Origin: a virus
Lineage: Duplodnaviria > Caudoviricetes
Direction: 5' to 3' (one strand)
Length of the DNA: 64,000 bases
Virus record (IMG/VR): IMGVR_UViG_3300020577_009322
Span: 1 to 64,000 of that record
In this document: in pieces, positions 17,486 through 28,772 of the stretch
How positions within the stretch are numbered: position 1 is the first letter of the stretch
Layout: each line of letters opens with the position of its first letter
Made by a program: the position numbers and the translations under genes
The notes under the pieces: model-generated
What the model saw: only the letters and a program-made list of their open reading frames with translations
What the model was told of the DNA's origin: nothing
Databases searched by the model: none

Positions 17486-19698
17486 TTAAGCTGTAATCAT
17501 CTTCAGCAAAGCTGGACGTATAGCAAATTCTTTAAATTTTGGTAATACGCACAATTTCTTTAATGAGATAATACACAAATCTGTAGAAAGCATTCCACTT
17601 TCTAAGATCTCTGCATAATTAGTAACCATTTTCTTGGTATAATCCTTCTCATTAACTAATGCATAATTAAGAAGACGTTTAGTCATAATAGCAGCAATAT
17701 CCTGCCTTTTATCTTTACCTTCTTTAATTACACTTTTCAGTTCTTTCTTACTCCACTCAATATCATTAGTAAGTAACTGATGAGGACTAGCTAACTTATC
17801 CAAACCATTCTTAATAAAGGTAGTGAACAATACAATATGTTCATTTGGAAGTGATCCCATACCTAAATTCATGATCAGATCCAGATCTTTATTAAAGTCA
17901 GGAATACCACTAATACTATCAAAGTATTTAGTCCAAATCCTCAAATTACCTTTAGCTAAGGTATTACCCTCTTTATCTTTTTCTACAGCTCCCTCGATTA
18001 CCTCAGGGTGCTTGAGCATAAAATTAATCAATTCATATTCTCATCAAGCTCTTTATCTTGATCTCTATACCTTTATATATTCGTATAGTTTAGACTATAT
18101 CATCACCTATTTCATTATAGGTGTTGGGCGCTCGTGGATGGATTATATTCTCTTTCGAGTTTCACCATCTAGTCGTTGAACCGGCCATAGCCATTTAAGC
18201 TATGGATAGGCTGCTGATTACCTGTTTCACTACAGGCTTTCCAGCAATTCACCCAATTAAGATGCATTAACAAAAAACTAAAGTTTTACCACGAAACTTC
18301 TTACCAACCTTTATGGCATAGGCTATATTCTGGTAAGTTTTTCTATCTCCATTGGTATATTCAACATATTCTGTGATAGAGTCAAATATTCTCTTGTCTT
18401 CCACTACTAAAATTTTCTTACAAGTACCACTAGTTTGCTTATATTTAGGTATTTTCTTAACCTTCTTATAGCTCCATTGAAATCCTCCACTAGATTTATT
18501 CTTTAATCCATTTTGGACTTGAATACCTAATTGTCTTAGTACTTCTCTACCACTTGACCATTCTTTCAAGAAATTTCCATCTTTGTCATATTGAAAAACC
18601 TTTCTTGATGTAGAAGGGTTGTTCATTTGAGTCGTTGGAGTAAGAACTGTATTATATACAGGATTTAAAGACTGTATAAAACATTCCTCTTCTCTTATTA
18701 AATTTTTATGGTTACTTGAATTTAGATGGAATCTTTCATTATGTAATGATAGTATCTCAAATTTGAAATCATCTTCACCATATTTGTTGAATATTCTTTG
18801 TAATCTACTTACATGACAGTTATTTCTTTTTAGGTTATTTCTATGATCCTTGCACCTTTTTGAAAGGGAAAGAGCACTACCTATATAGAACAAACCATTA
18901 TGTAATGTGGTAATCTTATATATCCCAGATTTATCAGGAATATTTTGATAATCTTTAAACATTGTATATAATTTATACCAAATATAATACAATAAATCTA
19001 GACTATCAAATAATTTTGTATATTTTTTCACATCTGCCATCAACACCGTATCCTTCAGCAAATTCGGAAGCCCAGATATTAACATCTGCCTTCATATTTA
19101 TTTGTAAACGCCTGGTTTTCTGAGCACTATCTTCACTCTGAACCATAAAATCCTGATCACTTGGATTACAAGTTAATACAATTGTTGAACCTTCTGGTAA
19201 AGCCCAAGAGGTATATCTTTGTTCATCAATTAAAGTCATAGTGGCATTAGCCATCATTGGAGTACACCTGTTAAAATCATCCAATACCAATAATACTGGT
19301 TTATCCTCCTTACCTTGGATCCAACTAGGTTTAGCATATGAAGTTCTGCTCTCATTTAATGCTGTATAGCCCATTGTAATATAGTGAGATAATACTTTAT
19401 CTGCAACCCATAAACATTCCTCATTAGCAGTACCATGACCTTTACAGATCTTATACTCATAAAGTGGTAATCCAATCAAGTCGCATACCTCAATCTCTGA
19501 CACGTTTAACCTAACATAATTAAAATCCAATTCCTGACTTAACTGTTTAACTACAGAAGTTTTAGCTGTTCCTGGCATACCCTCAATTTCAATAGCAATA
19601 GGTACCTTCCCCGCTTTAGATAATTTTACGTTATTATCAACGAAATAATGTAATAAATTTTTAACTTGTAATGAGTTTAACTCGTTTTTGTGTGCCAT
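17486..19698 (-). CDS. MoxR-like AAA+ ATPase, spliced (exons 19698-19030 and 18028-17486; ~403 aa)
   Basis: Walker A GMPGTAKT, Walker B LVLDDFNR; junction VDGRC|INFMLKHPE restores a continuous frame. Confidence 0.85.
18029..19029 (-). mobile_element. Group I intron in the AAA+ gene
   Basis: P AATTGCTGGAAA, Q AATCAGCAG, R GTTCAACGACTA, S ATGATATAGTCT; exon ends in U and intron ends in G. Confidence 0.9.
18267..18962 (-). CDS. Intron-encoded GIY-YIG homing endonuclease
   Basis: SGIYKI...FYIGS; NUMOD-like VFQYDKDG; start at ATG 18962. Confidence 0.9.
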   Translation of the reverse strand: MFKDYQNIPDKSGIYKITTLHNGLFYIGSALSLSKRCKDHRNNLKRNNCHVSRLQRIFNKYGEDDFKFEILSLHNERFHLNSSNHKNLIREEECFIQSLNPVYNTVLTPTTQMNNPSTSRKVFQYDKDGNFLKEWSSGREVLRQLGIQVQNGLKNKSSGGFQWSYKKVKKIPKYKQTSGTCKKILVVEDKRIFDSITEYVEYTNGDRKTYQNIAYAIKVGKKFRGKTLVFC

Positions 19699-20048
19699 TT
19701 TCTCTGTTTTAATTGTTTTTTCTGTTCTTGTTTATTTGTTATTACACATGATCTTTCTATAACCTTATGTCTGCCAACTCTTGTAGATGATTCTTCTTTA
19801 TAACAATCTCTCTTTTCTGATAGAAAGGGTTCTATTGTTTTCCTATCTATTGTGTTAAATATTCTGTTAAATATTCCTTGCTCTCTTGATGCAAGAATTA
19901 TTGCTGAAGGATCAAAAAATGTTCGTAATTCCCAATAATCCTCATACTTATTAGTATTATCACAGAATATAGTTACTGCTAGTTCATTCATTTCCTCATC
20001 AGAACTTCTTATCATATCTACAAGTCTATGTATTAACTGCTTTTCCAT
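19677..20048 (-). CDS. Shared-motif small protein
   Basis: RLVDMIRSSDEEMNELAVTIF. Confidence 0.65.
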   Translation of the reverse strand: MEKQLIHRLVDMIRSSDEEMNELAVTIFCDNTNKYEDYWELRTFFDPSAIILASREQGIFNRIFNTIDRKTIEPFLSEKRDCYKEESSTRVGRHKVIERSCVITNKQEQKKQLKQRKWHTKTS

Positions 20049-20253
20049 TTTTTAAATAATTTTCACCTTCTTCTTTACCTAACTGATATGCTCTACCTGC
20101 CAGCAATGCTTTATATTGACTAGTTGAATAATCCCAATCTCTCGATGTTTCGAATTCTTTTCTTAATATAACTTTAGCCAACTCTTGCATTTCTTCATCT
20201 CCATTTAGCATAGCATTTAATCTATTTATTTCAGTCATCATCATCATAATCAT
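20026..20253 (-). CDS. Shared-motif small protein
   Basis: RLNAMLNGDEEMQELAKVIL. Confidence 0.65.
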   Translation of the reverse strand: MIMMMMTEINRLNAMLNGDEEMQELAKVILRKEFETSRDWDYSTSQYKALLAGRAYQLGKEEGENYLKNGKAVNT

Positions 20254-20635
20254 ACCGATTTGTAGATATATCTATAATCTTTTTACTATTCTCTTTTAAA
20301 AATTCACCAACTAAAGTTCTTTCTTTGAAAAATACAGATAACTTCTTTATCTTTTTATATTCATTTTCTATATCCATTAAAAGATATTGTGTTACTGTTG
20401 TTATTCCATTTTTGAGAAGATGTGATAGTAAATTTCTAAGATTCTTTATTTCCCTCTTTTGCTTTAGAAATAGATATTTCCCTTTCTCTCCATAAGAAAC
20501 ACCACCATTTAAATAGAGAAGGATTTTGTCCATGTCATCCATTTTTGCTGGTAACTTCTCTAACATTAGTCTTCCCAGTCTTCTCATGTTTTTATCTTTA
20601 GATATTAACATGTTATTTATCTTAGTGGGGTCCAT
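20231..20635 (-). CDS. Shared-motif small protein
   Basis: KINNMLISKDKNMRRLGRLML. Confidence 0.65.
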   Translation of the reverse strand: MDPTKINNMLISKDKNMRRLGRLMLEKLPAKMDDMDKILLYLNGGVSYGEKGKYLFLKQKREIKNLRNLLSHLLKNGITTVTQYLLMDIENEYKKIKKLSVFFKERTLVGEFLKENSKKIIDISTNRYDYDDDD

Positions 20636-20919
20636 AGTAATTCAAATAATTCTGTTTTAATTTTATCTGTTTCATTCACAAGTTTATTCATCTCAATATT
20701 AATTACTTCAAAAACAACTCTCTTTGCTCTATCTAAAGCATCATTTCTTAATTCAATAGTATAAGATGGTAAGGGCCATAAAATAGACATACCCAGGTCT
20801 TGCATCTCTATATCTTTACTATCGAGCATATCAAGAATCTTTAAATACTTCCTCAAGATTTCTGTAGATGATTCACTATCTTTCTTCATATCATTGTATT
20901 TCTGCAGAAATACCTGCAT
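20617..20919 (-). CDS. Shared-motif small protein
   Basis: KILDMLDSKDIEMQDLGMSIL. Confidence 0.65.
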   Translation of the reverse strand: MQVFLQKYNDMKKDSESSTEILRKYLKILDMLDSKDIEMQDLGMSILWPLPSYTIELRNDALDRAKRVVFEVINIEMNKLVNETDKIKTELFELLWTPLR

Positions 20920-21160
20920 CAGTTAATGCTACTTTTATAGGAAGTAACTCTTCCATACTACCATTTCTAACCATACATTTTCCCTTATAATGAATAAGAT
21001 AAGCACATTGTTCTGCCTGCTCAGGAGAGTGCTTGGCATACTTTATCAAGCACTCTATTACCCACTCAAATGTATTTACATCATCATTCCAGACAATTAG
21101 CTTATTTTCTAACAAATCATCAATAGAAACATCTGATATTTCTTCTACTTCTTTTACCAT
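20891..21160 (-). CDS. clpS: ClpS N-end-rule adaptor
   Basis: LIVWNDDVNTFEWVIECL...QAEQCAYLIHYKGKC. Confidence 0.93.
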   Translation of the reverse strand: MVKEVEEISDVSIDDLLENKLIVWNDDVNTFEWVIECLIKYAKHSPEQAEQCAYLIHYKGKCMVRNGSMEELLPIKVALTDAGISAEIQ

Positions 21161-21194
21161 GATTATCTTTGTTGTTTTAAATGATGTAAAAATT

Positions 21195-21578
21195 TTATCT
21201 CATGTGGGCCAAACGTTTATATTTATTTTTTAAATATTCTATACTTTCTATCTCAGAGGGATACAAAGATTTTTCCAGAATATCAATTTCATTCAAATTG
21301 GTAGGATTATCTTTATTGAATTGTTCTTCCGCTTCAATAATATAATTCTTTCTTTGTTCCATTAATATTTGATTAGCATTGGTCATTTTTAAGATTACTA
21401 GATTATTTTCTTCTATCATTTGAGAAATTTTCTTAATATCTTCATTTCCTAAGATAAAACCTTCTTTCTTCATATTTCTCTCTCCTTCTAACTCTTTTAA
21501 TTTCTCTAATTTTCTCTTCTTATTTTCTTCTCCTGAGGAGAACATTTGTTTCCATTTCATATTTATTCCATTATCCAT
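21195..21578 (-). CDS. Hypothetical coiled-coil protein
   Basis: Coupled ORF; weak motif-like start KWKQMFSSGEE. Confidence 0.55.
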   Translation of the reverse strand: MDNGINMKWKQMFSSGEENKKRKLEKLKELEGERNMKKEGFILGNEDIKKISQMIEENNLVILKMTNANQILMEQRKNYIIEAEEQFNKDNPTNLNEIDILEKSLYPSEIESIEYLKNKYKRLAHMR

Positions 21579-21895
21579 GCACTAATTTTATCATTCTCTT
21601 TTCTTTCTTCTGCAGTATCCATGATTGCTAAAAAGGAAAAAAGTATTTGAAATAAATTTCCTAATACTAAGGGAATCATATACCATCCAGCACCCCTATA
21701 TGCCAGAAAAATTGTAAAAGCAATTGCTATCGTAGTTAATAATAGATGCAGAGAAAAATAAGTTAACATAGATAATCTTACGGGACTCTTTGTATTAAGT
21801 ATCTTAATAGCTAACTCCCTCATTTCACTATCTTCACTCCTGATCATTGGAATTAATCTTTGTAACTCTCTTTTTTCAATTCTTCTGAAAATCAT
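21563..21895 (-). CDS. Membrane protein (2 TM) with N-terminal shared motif
   Basis: RLIPMIRSEDSEMRELAIKIL followed by two hydrophobic helices. Confidence 0.65.
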   Translation of the reverse strand: MIFRRIEKRELQRLIPMIRSEDSEMRELAIKILNTKSPVRLSMLTYFSLHLLLTTIAIAFTIFLAYRGAGWYMIPLVLGNLFQILFSFLAIMDTAEERKENDKISAWIME

Positions 21896-22344
21896 AATTT
21901 GTACAATTTAGAACGTAGATTTTTTAGTTTATTAGCCTCCTTAAAAGGATATTTCTTATCAAATTCTTCTCTTGCTTCCTTTGTATAGGAGACAAGAGAT
22001 TTCTTAGAAAAGAGAACAACTTGCTGTAACTTCTTTATCTGTGTCTCATAATCAGAGATTTGATTTTGAAGGTCCCTTGTAGCTAAGGAAACATATTGTT
22101 GTCTTTTTATTAATCTTTTATTACTTATCTCAATTAGAGGCTTTATTTGGTCTTTTAGGACTTTTCTTTTTTCCTCCTTTATTTTCTCTTTTCTATGCAT
22201 TTCAAGCAATAATTCTTTATCTCTTTTTCTTCTTTCTTCCATAGTTGCTATAGCTAATCTTCTTTTCCAGGCTTTTTCTATTATAGCTAATTCCTGTGGA
22301 GTATTAAATGTTCTTTTAGAGGGAGCATGATAATAACCTACCAT
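21892..22344 (-). CDS. Hypothetical coiled-coil protein
   Basis: Coupled ORF. Confidence 0.55.
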   Translation of the reverse strand: MVGYYHAPSKRTFNTPQELAIIEKAWKRRLAIATMEERRKRDKELLLEMHRKEKIKEEKRKVLKDQIKPLIEISNKRLIKRQQYVSLATRDLQNQISDYETQIKKLQQVVLFSKKSLVSYTKEAREEFDKKYPFKEANKLKNLRSKLYKL

Positions 22345-22345
22345 A

Positions 22346-24608
22346 TTAGTTAATTTTTATCTTTTTGGATGGGTGATTAAATTCAGTACTACCGTTCTGT
22401 GTAATAACCCAAAGCATTGGTATTTTACATAGTGATGGATTACTCTCGATATATCCATCAGTTAAAGTAATAGCACATGTCCAGTTCTTCTTACCCCTAT
22501 GCTTGTTAACATATTCAATAAAACAAGAAGCACGAGTTCCACCACCTCTAGTTCTTTTATATGTTAATTCACCCTTGTATTCATATGGTTCGTCAGCTTC
22601 AGCATCCCATAAGATAATATCAACTTTTACACCAGCTTTCCACATATGTTTTACCTGCCCATAGAATTCTTTTAATTCATGATCACTTACTGAACCAGAC
22701 GTATCCAACCCACAAACTATTCTAATCTTGTTTTTGTATTTATTAGATGGAGCATCTTCAAATCGAAAATTTGGACGTTTTCTAGTCTGATATATATCAG
22801 TAGTCAATGTGCTACCAATGAATCTATTAAAAAGAGTTTTCCAGGAAATTATTGGTGGTTTATTTCCAAAATCCTCTTTAAGAGAATTAGCTATATGAGC
22901 AGGAACAGTACCACGTAACTTTTCAGTTTCATCACCTATCCTCTTCATAATTTCCTGCATCTCCTTCCTAAACAATTCTTTCTCTTTATCACCCATTCCT
23001 TCAGATAACTCTTTCCATTTATCATGCCAATCTCCAATAGCTTCTTCATTATCTAAGAATTTATCCAATTCTTTACATCCACTTGTACCATTTCCATTTC
23101 CCTTTGGACCAGCCTTACTATCTTCCTTCTTTCCTTTAGAAGATTTCTTTTCTTCTTTAGCTTGCTGAAGACGATTATAGTAATAAAGAGATGATTGATT
23201 TTTCTCCAGTTTCAATTCAGAAAAATTCTCAATCATAACTATACCTGTATCCTTTCCGTCAGGAAATGTTAATGGAGCTTCTTCTTCCCCAATGCACTGA
23301 TTAATAGACATATCCATAGCTATATTAGCTATCATTTTGTCAGGAAACATTCCTTGACTTACATCAGATAAGTGCTCTCTTACTACGTGCTCTCACACTT
23401 GTTAATCTTTATATTTCTATAAAGGTCAGACTATTCCTTCAACCATTATTATGGTTGGTCTATTATAGTCGTTGAACCTCTTCTAGGTTGATAATTGTCA
23501 ATATATTCTTTAAATTTCAAGTATTTTCTATATAAATAAACAGAAGAATTCTTATACATATAATTATATAAAGTAATTGTATCATTCAAGCTAAATTTTA
23601 ACTCAAAGATATTTTTACTTTTATAACAATTCTTATTCTTTACTGGAAGATTCTTAGAAACTTCCTTCAAAAATTCTTCTGATCCAGAACAAAAGGAAGA
23701 TTTTAGGATTTTCCAATCACTTCCTTTTATATTAGTACATACTGTAACGCTTCCATCCCCATCAAAATAACCTCTTATAAAATGAGAAATCATATTTGAT
23801 GGTAGTTTTGGAAATCTAATAACTAGTGATTTTCTAGGTATGCAACCCAGATTTATCAAAGAGTCATACATTTTTCTAGAATCTATAGTTATCTTTCCTA
23901 TAGATTTTTTGAATTTCTTATGTACTTCTATTCTTATTGGTCCAGTGTAACTTATACACTCTTTAAAAATTTCAAGCCAAGAAATATCTGTACTAGATAA
24001 AATTACTCTACCTGTACTATTTTTCTTGTTTGTTGAAATATTTCCATCAGCATACATTACTCCTAACCAGTAACAACTCTGTTCATTTAATTCATTAAAA
24101 TACTCTTCATTAACTGAATATTTTCTTTTGTTTTGACCTCTATTATCATTCATATGTTCTAATTTATATATAAGAATATACATAAATTATTTCATATTAC
24201 CAAGAATTTGGCTGCAGATTTTCCAATTTTATCCATTTTTACCTTACCTAAATAATTAGTTTAGCCACACATTCGTTATTTTCTGTGCTTGGTAGAATAA
24301 ACTCTAAGGAGTTCCCTGCAATTTAAGACATTTTACACATACATTACTGTATGAGGAGCCAGATTTACGTTTAGCTCGTGGATCAATGTCCACTTCTTCC
24401 TACTATCATTATGGCACACTTCCTCCCACCACTTTTTACCCAAATATAAGGTAATATTATTTGAATTAATATGCTTACCTACACATGCTGTAGGTAACTT
24501 ATCATCAAATGTTTTGTTCAGTTCTGCTAAGAACAATCCATAAAATATATACTTACTGTCACATAACATAGTAAATATAATATCTTGTAATGATTTTTCG
24601 TGATCCAT
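22346..24608 (-). CDS. HExxH metallopeptidase plus VWA-domain protein (DUF2201-like), spliced (exons 24608-24373 and 23393-22346; ~427 aa)
   Basis: Splicing CT|A rebuilds HELEHVVREHL; ANIAMD; MIDAS DTSGS, GGGT, LTDGY. Confidence 0.85.
23394..24372 (-). mobile_element. Group I intron inside the HExxH motif
   Basis: P AATTGCAGGGAA, Q AATCTGCAG, R GTTCAACGACTA, S AAGGAATAGTCT; U/G junctions. Confidence 0.88.
23449..24183 (-). CDS. Intron-encoded LAGLIDADG homing endonuclease
   Basis: WLGVMYADG and FIRGYFDGDG double motif; lies between Q and R. Confidence 0.92.
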   Translation of the reverse strand: MYILIYKLEHMNDNRGQNKRKYSVNEEYFNELNEQSCYWLGVMYADGNISTNKKNSTGRVILSSTDISWLEIFKECISYTGPIRIEVHKKFKKSIGKITIDSRKMYDSLINLGCIPRKSLVIRFPKLPSNMISHFIRGYFDGDGSVTVCTNIKGSDWKILKSSFCSGSEEFLKEVSKNLPVKNKNCYKSKNIFELKFSLNDTITLYNYMYKNSSVYLYRKYLKFKEYIDNYQPRRGSTTIIDQP

Positions 24609-24613
24609 AATTT

Positions 24614-25039
24614 TTAAGTTAATATCTCGAAACATTCTATTCTATCTGCAACTGAACAAAATGATTGAGACGATTTGTTATAATATTTTGCTTCTACTTT
24701 TGTTATATAAAGAGTTCCTTTATATTCTACGGAAATGGATGTTACTACCATAGTTGGACATCCTTCCATTCCTCTATATCTTACTTTATGTCCAATATTA
24801 AGAATATGTCTATTATCTGCTATATGAGCTAATATCTGATCTTTTGGAGCTGATCCTATACCTGCTTGTGGGCTACTACCATTAAAGGAAGATAATACAC
24901 CCGTGTAATTTAGTAAAGCAGCCCATATAGCAGGATGCTCTATCTTACACACTTCCAGAGCTAAATTTATACTCTCTGGATCTCCTGCTTTTAGTAGCAT
25001 CTTTATCTTTTCTGGAAACTTAGCATCTCCTTTTATCAT
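24614..25039 (-). CDS. Shared-motif protein with a C-terminal SH3-like domain
   Basis: KIKMLLKAGDPESINLALEVC; IGHKVRY...PTMVV. Confidence 0.6.
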   Translation of the reverse strand: MIKGDAKFPEKIKMLLKAGDPESINLALEVCKIEHPAIWAALLNYTGVLSSFNGSSPQAGIGSAPKDQILAHIADNRHILNIGHKVRYRGMEGCPTMVVTSISVEYKGTLYITKVEAKYYNKSSQSFCSVADRIECFEILT

Positions 25040-25293
25040 TATTCTATCTTTTTTACTCGTTTCTTAATAGCGTCTTTTACTGTAGGTAGATATAATTCTG
25101 CCCAATTCTGTAACAAATTTTCCTTATCTTTAAAAGATGATTTACCTGATATATAATCTTCCACAAACTTATCAATATATTTCCTCTTTTGCTCATCACT
25201 TACCTCTGTAGATCGTAATAGGGTAGTTCCTAACTCTTCATTTTCTAAGATTCCGGAAGAGAGTAACTCATCTATCATTTTATTTAATTCCAT
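25039..25293 (-). CDS. Shared-motif small protein
   Basis: MIDELLSSGILENEELGTTLL. Confidence 0.6.
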   Translation of the reverse strand: MELNKMIDELLSSGILENEELGTTLLRSTEVSDEQKRKYIDKFVEDYISGKSSFKDKENLLQNWAELYLPTVKDAIKKRVKKIE

Positions 25294-25651
25294 CTCTTCT
25301 TCTGATTTGATAATCTATTATTGTTTCCCTCAATTCAAACATAGCTATCTTCTGAAAGTTATCCTTGCCATCATTAAGATTCCATACTGCATTTCTTCTT
25401 CCTCCTATTATTTTTCCTTGCGCTACATTTCCCTTTATCGGTATATGTATTCTACGTAGAAAGCGATTACTCCCTAGATATTTAATAAGAAACAATTGAT
25501 GTTTAGGAGTCAACGATTTGGATAGCTTGATTCCAAGGATTATTAGCTCTTGATCCGTAGAGAGAATCATACTTTTTACTTTGCTCACTATTCCATTTGT
25601 CATATCTTTCTTGTAATTTACTAACATCTTGTAGCTTACACTTAAATTCAT
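25280..25651 (-). CDS. Shared-motif small protein
   Basis: KVKSMILSTDQELIILGIKLS. Confidence 0.6.
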   Translation of the reverse strand: MNLSVSYKMLVNYKKDMTNGIVSKVKSMILSTDQELIILGIKLSKSLTPKHQLFLIKYLGSNRFLRRIHIPIKGNVAQGKIIGGRRNAVWNLNDGKDNFQKIAMFELRETIIDYQIRRRDGIK

Positions 25652-26225
25652 GCAATGCTAAAATTCTGCTATCAACATTTACTTCACTTAAATCTTTTAT
25701 ACTTTCTATAGATTCTGGATCTTCTATTAAAGGTAATAAGTTAACTCTCTCCGCTAACATAAATATATATATATTATCCAAAGATAGGTTTTTATTTCTT
25801 AAAGTATAAGATCTATGATAAGATAATATATCTCTTATACTATTAATTTTTCCCTCTATTATCTTTTTACAAAAGGTTGGAGTAGGATATCTAAAGAAAG
25901 GTTTCATCAACTCAATATCACTCTTAAAGTACTTTTCCTTACACAAATCATTAAATACATCCATTCTACTCTTAGAAATTTTTACCTTCTTTGTCTTCTT
26001 ATTATATACCATCCACTGTAATAACTCACTCTTTTTATAGAAGGTTCCTGTATTACTAACTTTAATTGTATCACATATTTTATAGTATCCTATCTTCTCT
26101 TCATTATCTATTTTCTTACTATATAAATTATCTGATAATCCATAATGGAAAAATATGTATTTTTGTAACTGTTTATCTTCCAATTCAAGAAATTCATCTA
26201 TATTCATATTTTCCTTATTTATCAA
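25503..26225 (-). CDS. Hypothetical protein
   Basis: 240-aa ORF coupled to the rIIA-like gene. Confidence 0.6.
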   Translation of the reverse strand: MINKENMNIDEFLELEDKQLQKYIFFHYGLSDNLYSKKIDNEEKIGYYKICDTIKVSNTGTFYKKSELLQWMVYNKKTKKVKISKSRMDVFNDLCKEKYFKSDIELMKPFFRYPTPTFCKKIIEGKINSIRDILSYHRSYTLRNKNLSLDNIYIFMLAERVNLLPLIEDPESIESIKDLSEVNVDSRILALHEFKCKLQDVSKLQERYDKWNSEQSKKYDSLYGSRANNPWNQAIQIVDS

Positions 26226-28473
26226 AATCCATCTTATAATACTTCCAATTCATCTTTATCGTTCTTTGTCTTGCAATATCATGCATGGCACGTATTGATT
26301 TTTCCTGATAAGTATTTCCCTTTTGTACAGTTAACATTCCACCCAAAGCGAAGAAATCAACAAAATCAAATTTGTCAATATCTTCTTTTACTTTATTATA
26401 TGTTTCCCATATTTCACTATCATATAATTTCAATGTATCTACCAAATCTACCAAATCTTTCATAAAATCCTCGTGTCTATGAGATATATCTGTACAATAT
26501 ACTTTGGCATATTTCTGTAATTTTTCTAAATCATCTCTAAATTTAGATGATAGAAAATTACCTATTATTTCCTTATTCCTAAAAGTACTAAGATATTCAT
26601 TCATCATTTTATCTATTAGATAGGCTGTAACCCCTCTCCCAACAGTCTTATGTTTACCCTTGAAGAATTCATCTACTTCCATAAAGTTATGTAATTTTAA
26701 TTGTTTTAGATAAGTTTGCTGTCTTTCTGTAACTATACATGCTTTAACTGTAGTACCATCATGAAATAATCGATAGACTAAATCTAACTTCCTACGTTTA
26801 TCTTCAGTACCATAGACATGAAAAAATGGTCTACTATATAAGTCTTTTACTTTGATTATTCTCTCTTCAAATTTGCATGACCAATCAGATGACCTCTTAT
26901 CCATTGGTTTACAATATTTTACACCAATCTCTCCAGACATATCTACTAAAGATACTTTCTCTTTCTTATTTGGTGTCTTTCTGACTGTTGTGTTAAAATT
27001 AGCAGGAATCTTTATATTACTTACTTTAATCAGATAATCTTTCTCAATAGAATCCTCTACTAGTTTGGCTTGTCTTATTGAATCTCTCCATAGATTTATT
27101 CCTGATGATAGGTAAGTAGATCTCATAGTAGCTTTACTACATAAACCTAGTAATCTTGTATAGGATAAATCTACTTTCTCTAAACATATCTTGTTCTTTT
27201 TATAAAGACCTGCTCCTTTATACTCACTATTTATATAGGATGCCATTTTCTTACTAATAGGAATATCAACTAAAATCTTTTTATCATGCTGCCAGTGCAT
27301 CCAGTATCTAGGTTTTATTTTGGAACCAGTATTACTGATATCATTAATATTAAAATATAGATTCTTTCCATTAGAGGTAGAAGATAGAAATTTCTGAATT
27401 ACTTTATCATTTACATCTTTAAATTCTATCTCCTTACACTTTTCTAAAGAAAATGGTAATAGACTATCAATTATATAGGTAACTCCTTCTATATTAACTC
27501 TTTTAGAAGACCCCACTAACTCAATATATTTCTTAACAGATGTCAACTCATCTGGTATATTCTTGTTATATCTTTTAATAAACCAGGTAGATACCTTCTC
27601 TATCTTCTTCTTGATAATCAATTCATAATCAATAGTATATTGTAGATTTTCTCGAGTTAAATCAGCATTCAATCCATCTGCCATGCTAAATTTTAAACCT
27701 ATATTTAAATGAATAGGTTTCATTCCTAATCTCTCCCAATTAATAGGATAGTAATACTGATCCAGGCAGATATGCATATCTGCATTCTTTGAAAGTGTAG
27801 ATATCTGAATATCATCTGTTTGAAATATTTTAAACTCACTATTTAATGTCAGTAGTTCTCTATAACGGCTAATGAGAGTAGGATCAAACTGAAACATTAT
27901 ATCCTTAAAATAACATAACTTTCTCTTCATGTTTTCTATAAAAAGAGAAATTGTTGAGGTATCATATCCAAGTGAAGATCCTACTAAAACCTCAAACAAT
28001 ACATATTTATCTTCAGTAGTTTCTTCATATTCACTTATGTTATGAGTTAATCCCACTCCCTCTACTTCCTTAAGAATAGCATTGAATTTTCTGCCGTTCT
28101 TTACTACTGTATATTTCCATTCAGGTTTAAAAGCTGATACTGATATACTACCAATACCATGCTCCCCCATCTGACAATTTTCACTACTTGTTTTCTCTGT
28201 AGACTTTTCACTCTCCAGGATAGTACATACTGTTTTCTCAAAATGTTCCCTACTATCAAAGGATTTACCGGTATCCCTCACATAAAATATATAATCACCT
28301 TTCTCTAGTTTTATTCCAACTTCTACAGGATCTGTTTGTCCTATAGAACGATGACTATCTACTGCATTTTGACAAATCTCACTAATAAATGAGTATTTAT
28401 CACTGTATAATTTTTTTCCAAATACCTGATGTAATTTTGCTGTGTTTCCACTTAATCCTAGCTGTTTCTCCAT
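26215..28473 (-). CDS. GHKL (Hsp90-like) ATPase, RIIA-like
   Basis: LYSDK...EICQNAVDSH, VRDTG, MGEHGIG, LTRENL. Confidence 0.8.
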   Translation of the reverse strand: MEKQLGLSGNTAKLHQVFGKKLYSDKYSFISEICQNAVDSHRSIGQTDPVEVGIKLEKGDYIFYVRDTGKSFDSREHFEKTVCTILESEKSTEKTSSENCQMGEHGIGSISVSAFKPEWKYTVVKNGRKFNAILKEVEGVGLTHNISEYEETTEDKYVLFEVLVGSSLGYDTSTISLFIENMKRKLCYFKDIMFQFDPTLISRYRELLTLNSEFKIFQTDDIQISTLSKNADMHICLDQYYYPINWERLGMKPIHLNIGLKFSMADGLNADLTRENLQYTIDYELIIKKKIEKVSTWFIKRYNKNIPDELTSVKKYIELVGSSKRVNIEGVTYIIDSLLPFSLEKCKEIEFKDVNDKVIQKFLSSTSNGKNLYFNINDISNTGSKIKPRYWMHWQHDKKILVDIPISKKMASYINSEYKGAGLYKKNKICLEKVDLSYTRLLGLCSKATMRSTYLSSGINLWRDSIRQAKLVEDSIEKDYLIKVSNIKIPANFNTTVRKTPNKKEKVSLVDMSGEIGVKYCKPMDKRSSDWSCKFEERIIKVKDLYSRPFFHVYGTEDKRRKLDLVYRLFHDGTTVKACIVTERQQTYLKQLKLHNFMEVDEFFKGKHKTVGRGVTAYLIDKMMNEYLSTFRNKEIIGNFLSSKFRDDLEKLQKYAKVYCTDISHRHEDFMKDLVDLVDTLKLYDSEIWETYNKVKEDIDKFDFVDFFALGGMLTVQKGNTYQEKSIRAMHDIARQRTIKMNWKYYKMDFDK

Positions 28474-28772
28474 TATTTTCTTTCTTTTAACTCAATTTTG
28501 TAAATCACCATAGTTTTCATCATCAAATCATTATGTATATCACTTATCTCTCTTATATTATCCAGGAAGAACCATGTATAGTCTCTAAGAATTTTCCATC
28601 TCCCTGCATTGAATTTAACAATATGATAACTTATTCTATATGCATGACATAATTTTTGTCCCAATTTCTTTAACTCTTTATCATCACTAGCAAATAGAAG
28701 AATAATTTTAGAACGGACATTCGTTAGATCTGTCCCAGTCACCTTTGTTCCACATAATCTCTTGTTTTCCAT
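28473..28772 (-). CDS. Shared-motif small protein
   Basis: KIILLFASDDKELKKLGQKLC. Confidence 0.6.
   Translation of the reverse strand: MENKRLCGTKVTGTDLTNVRSKIILLFASDDKELKKLGQKLCHAYRISYHIVKFNAGRWKILRDYTWFFLDNIREISDIHNDLMMKTMVIYKIELKERK

Noticed and set aside
18963-19085. N-terminal extension of the GIY-YIG ORF as given in the track (start 19085)
   Set aside because: It overlaps exon 1 of the AAA+ gene in another frame; ATG 18962 fits the domain start.
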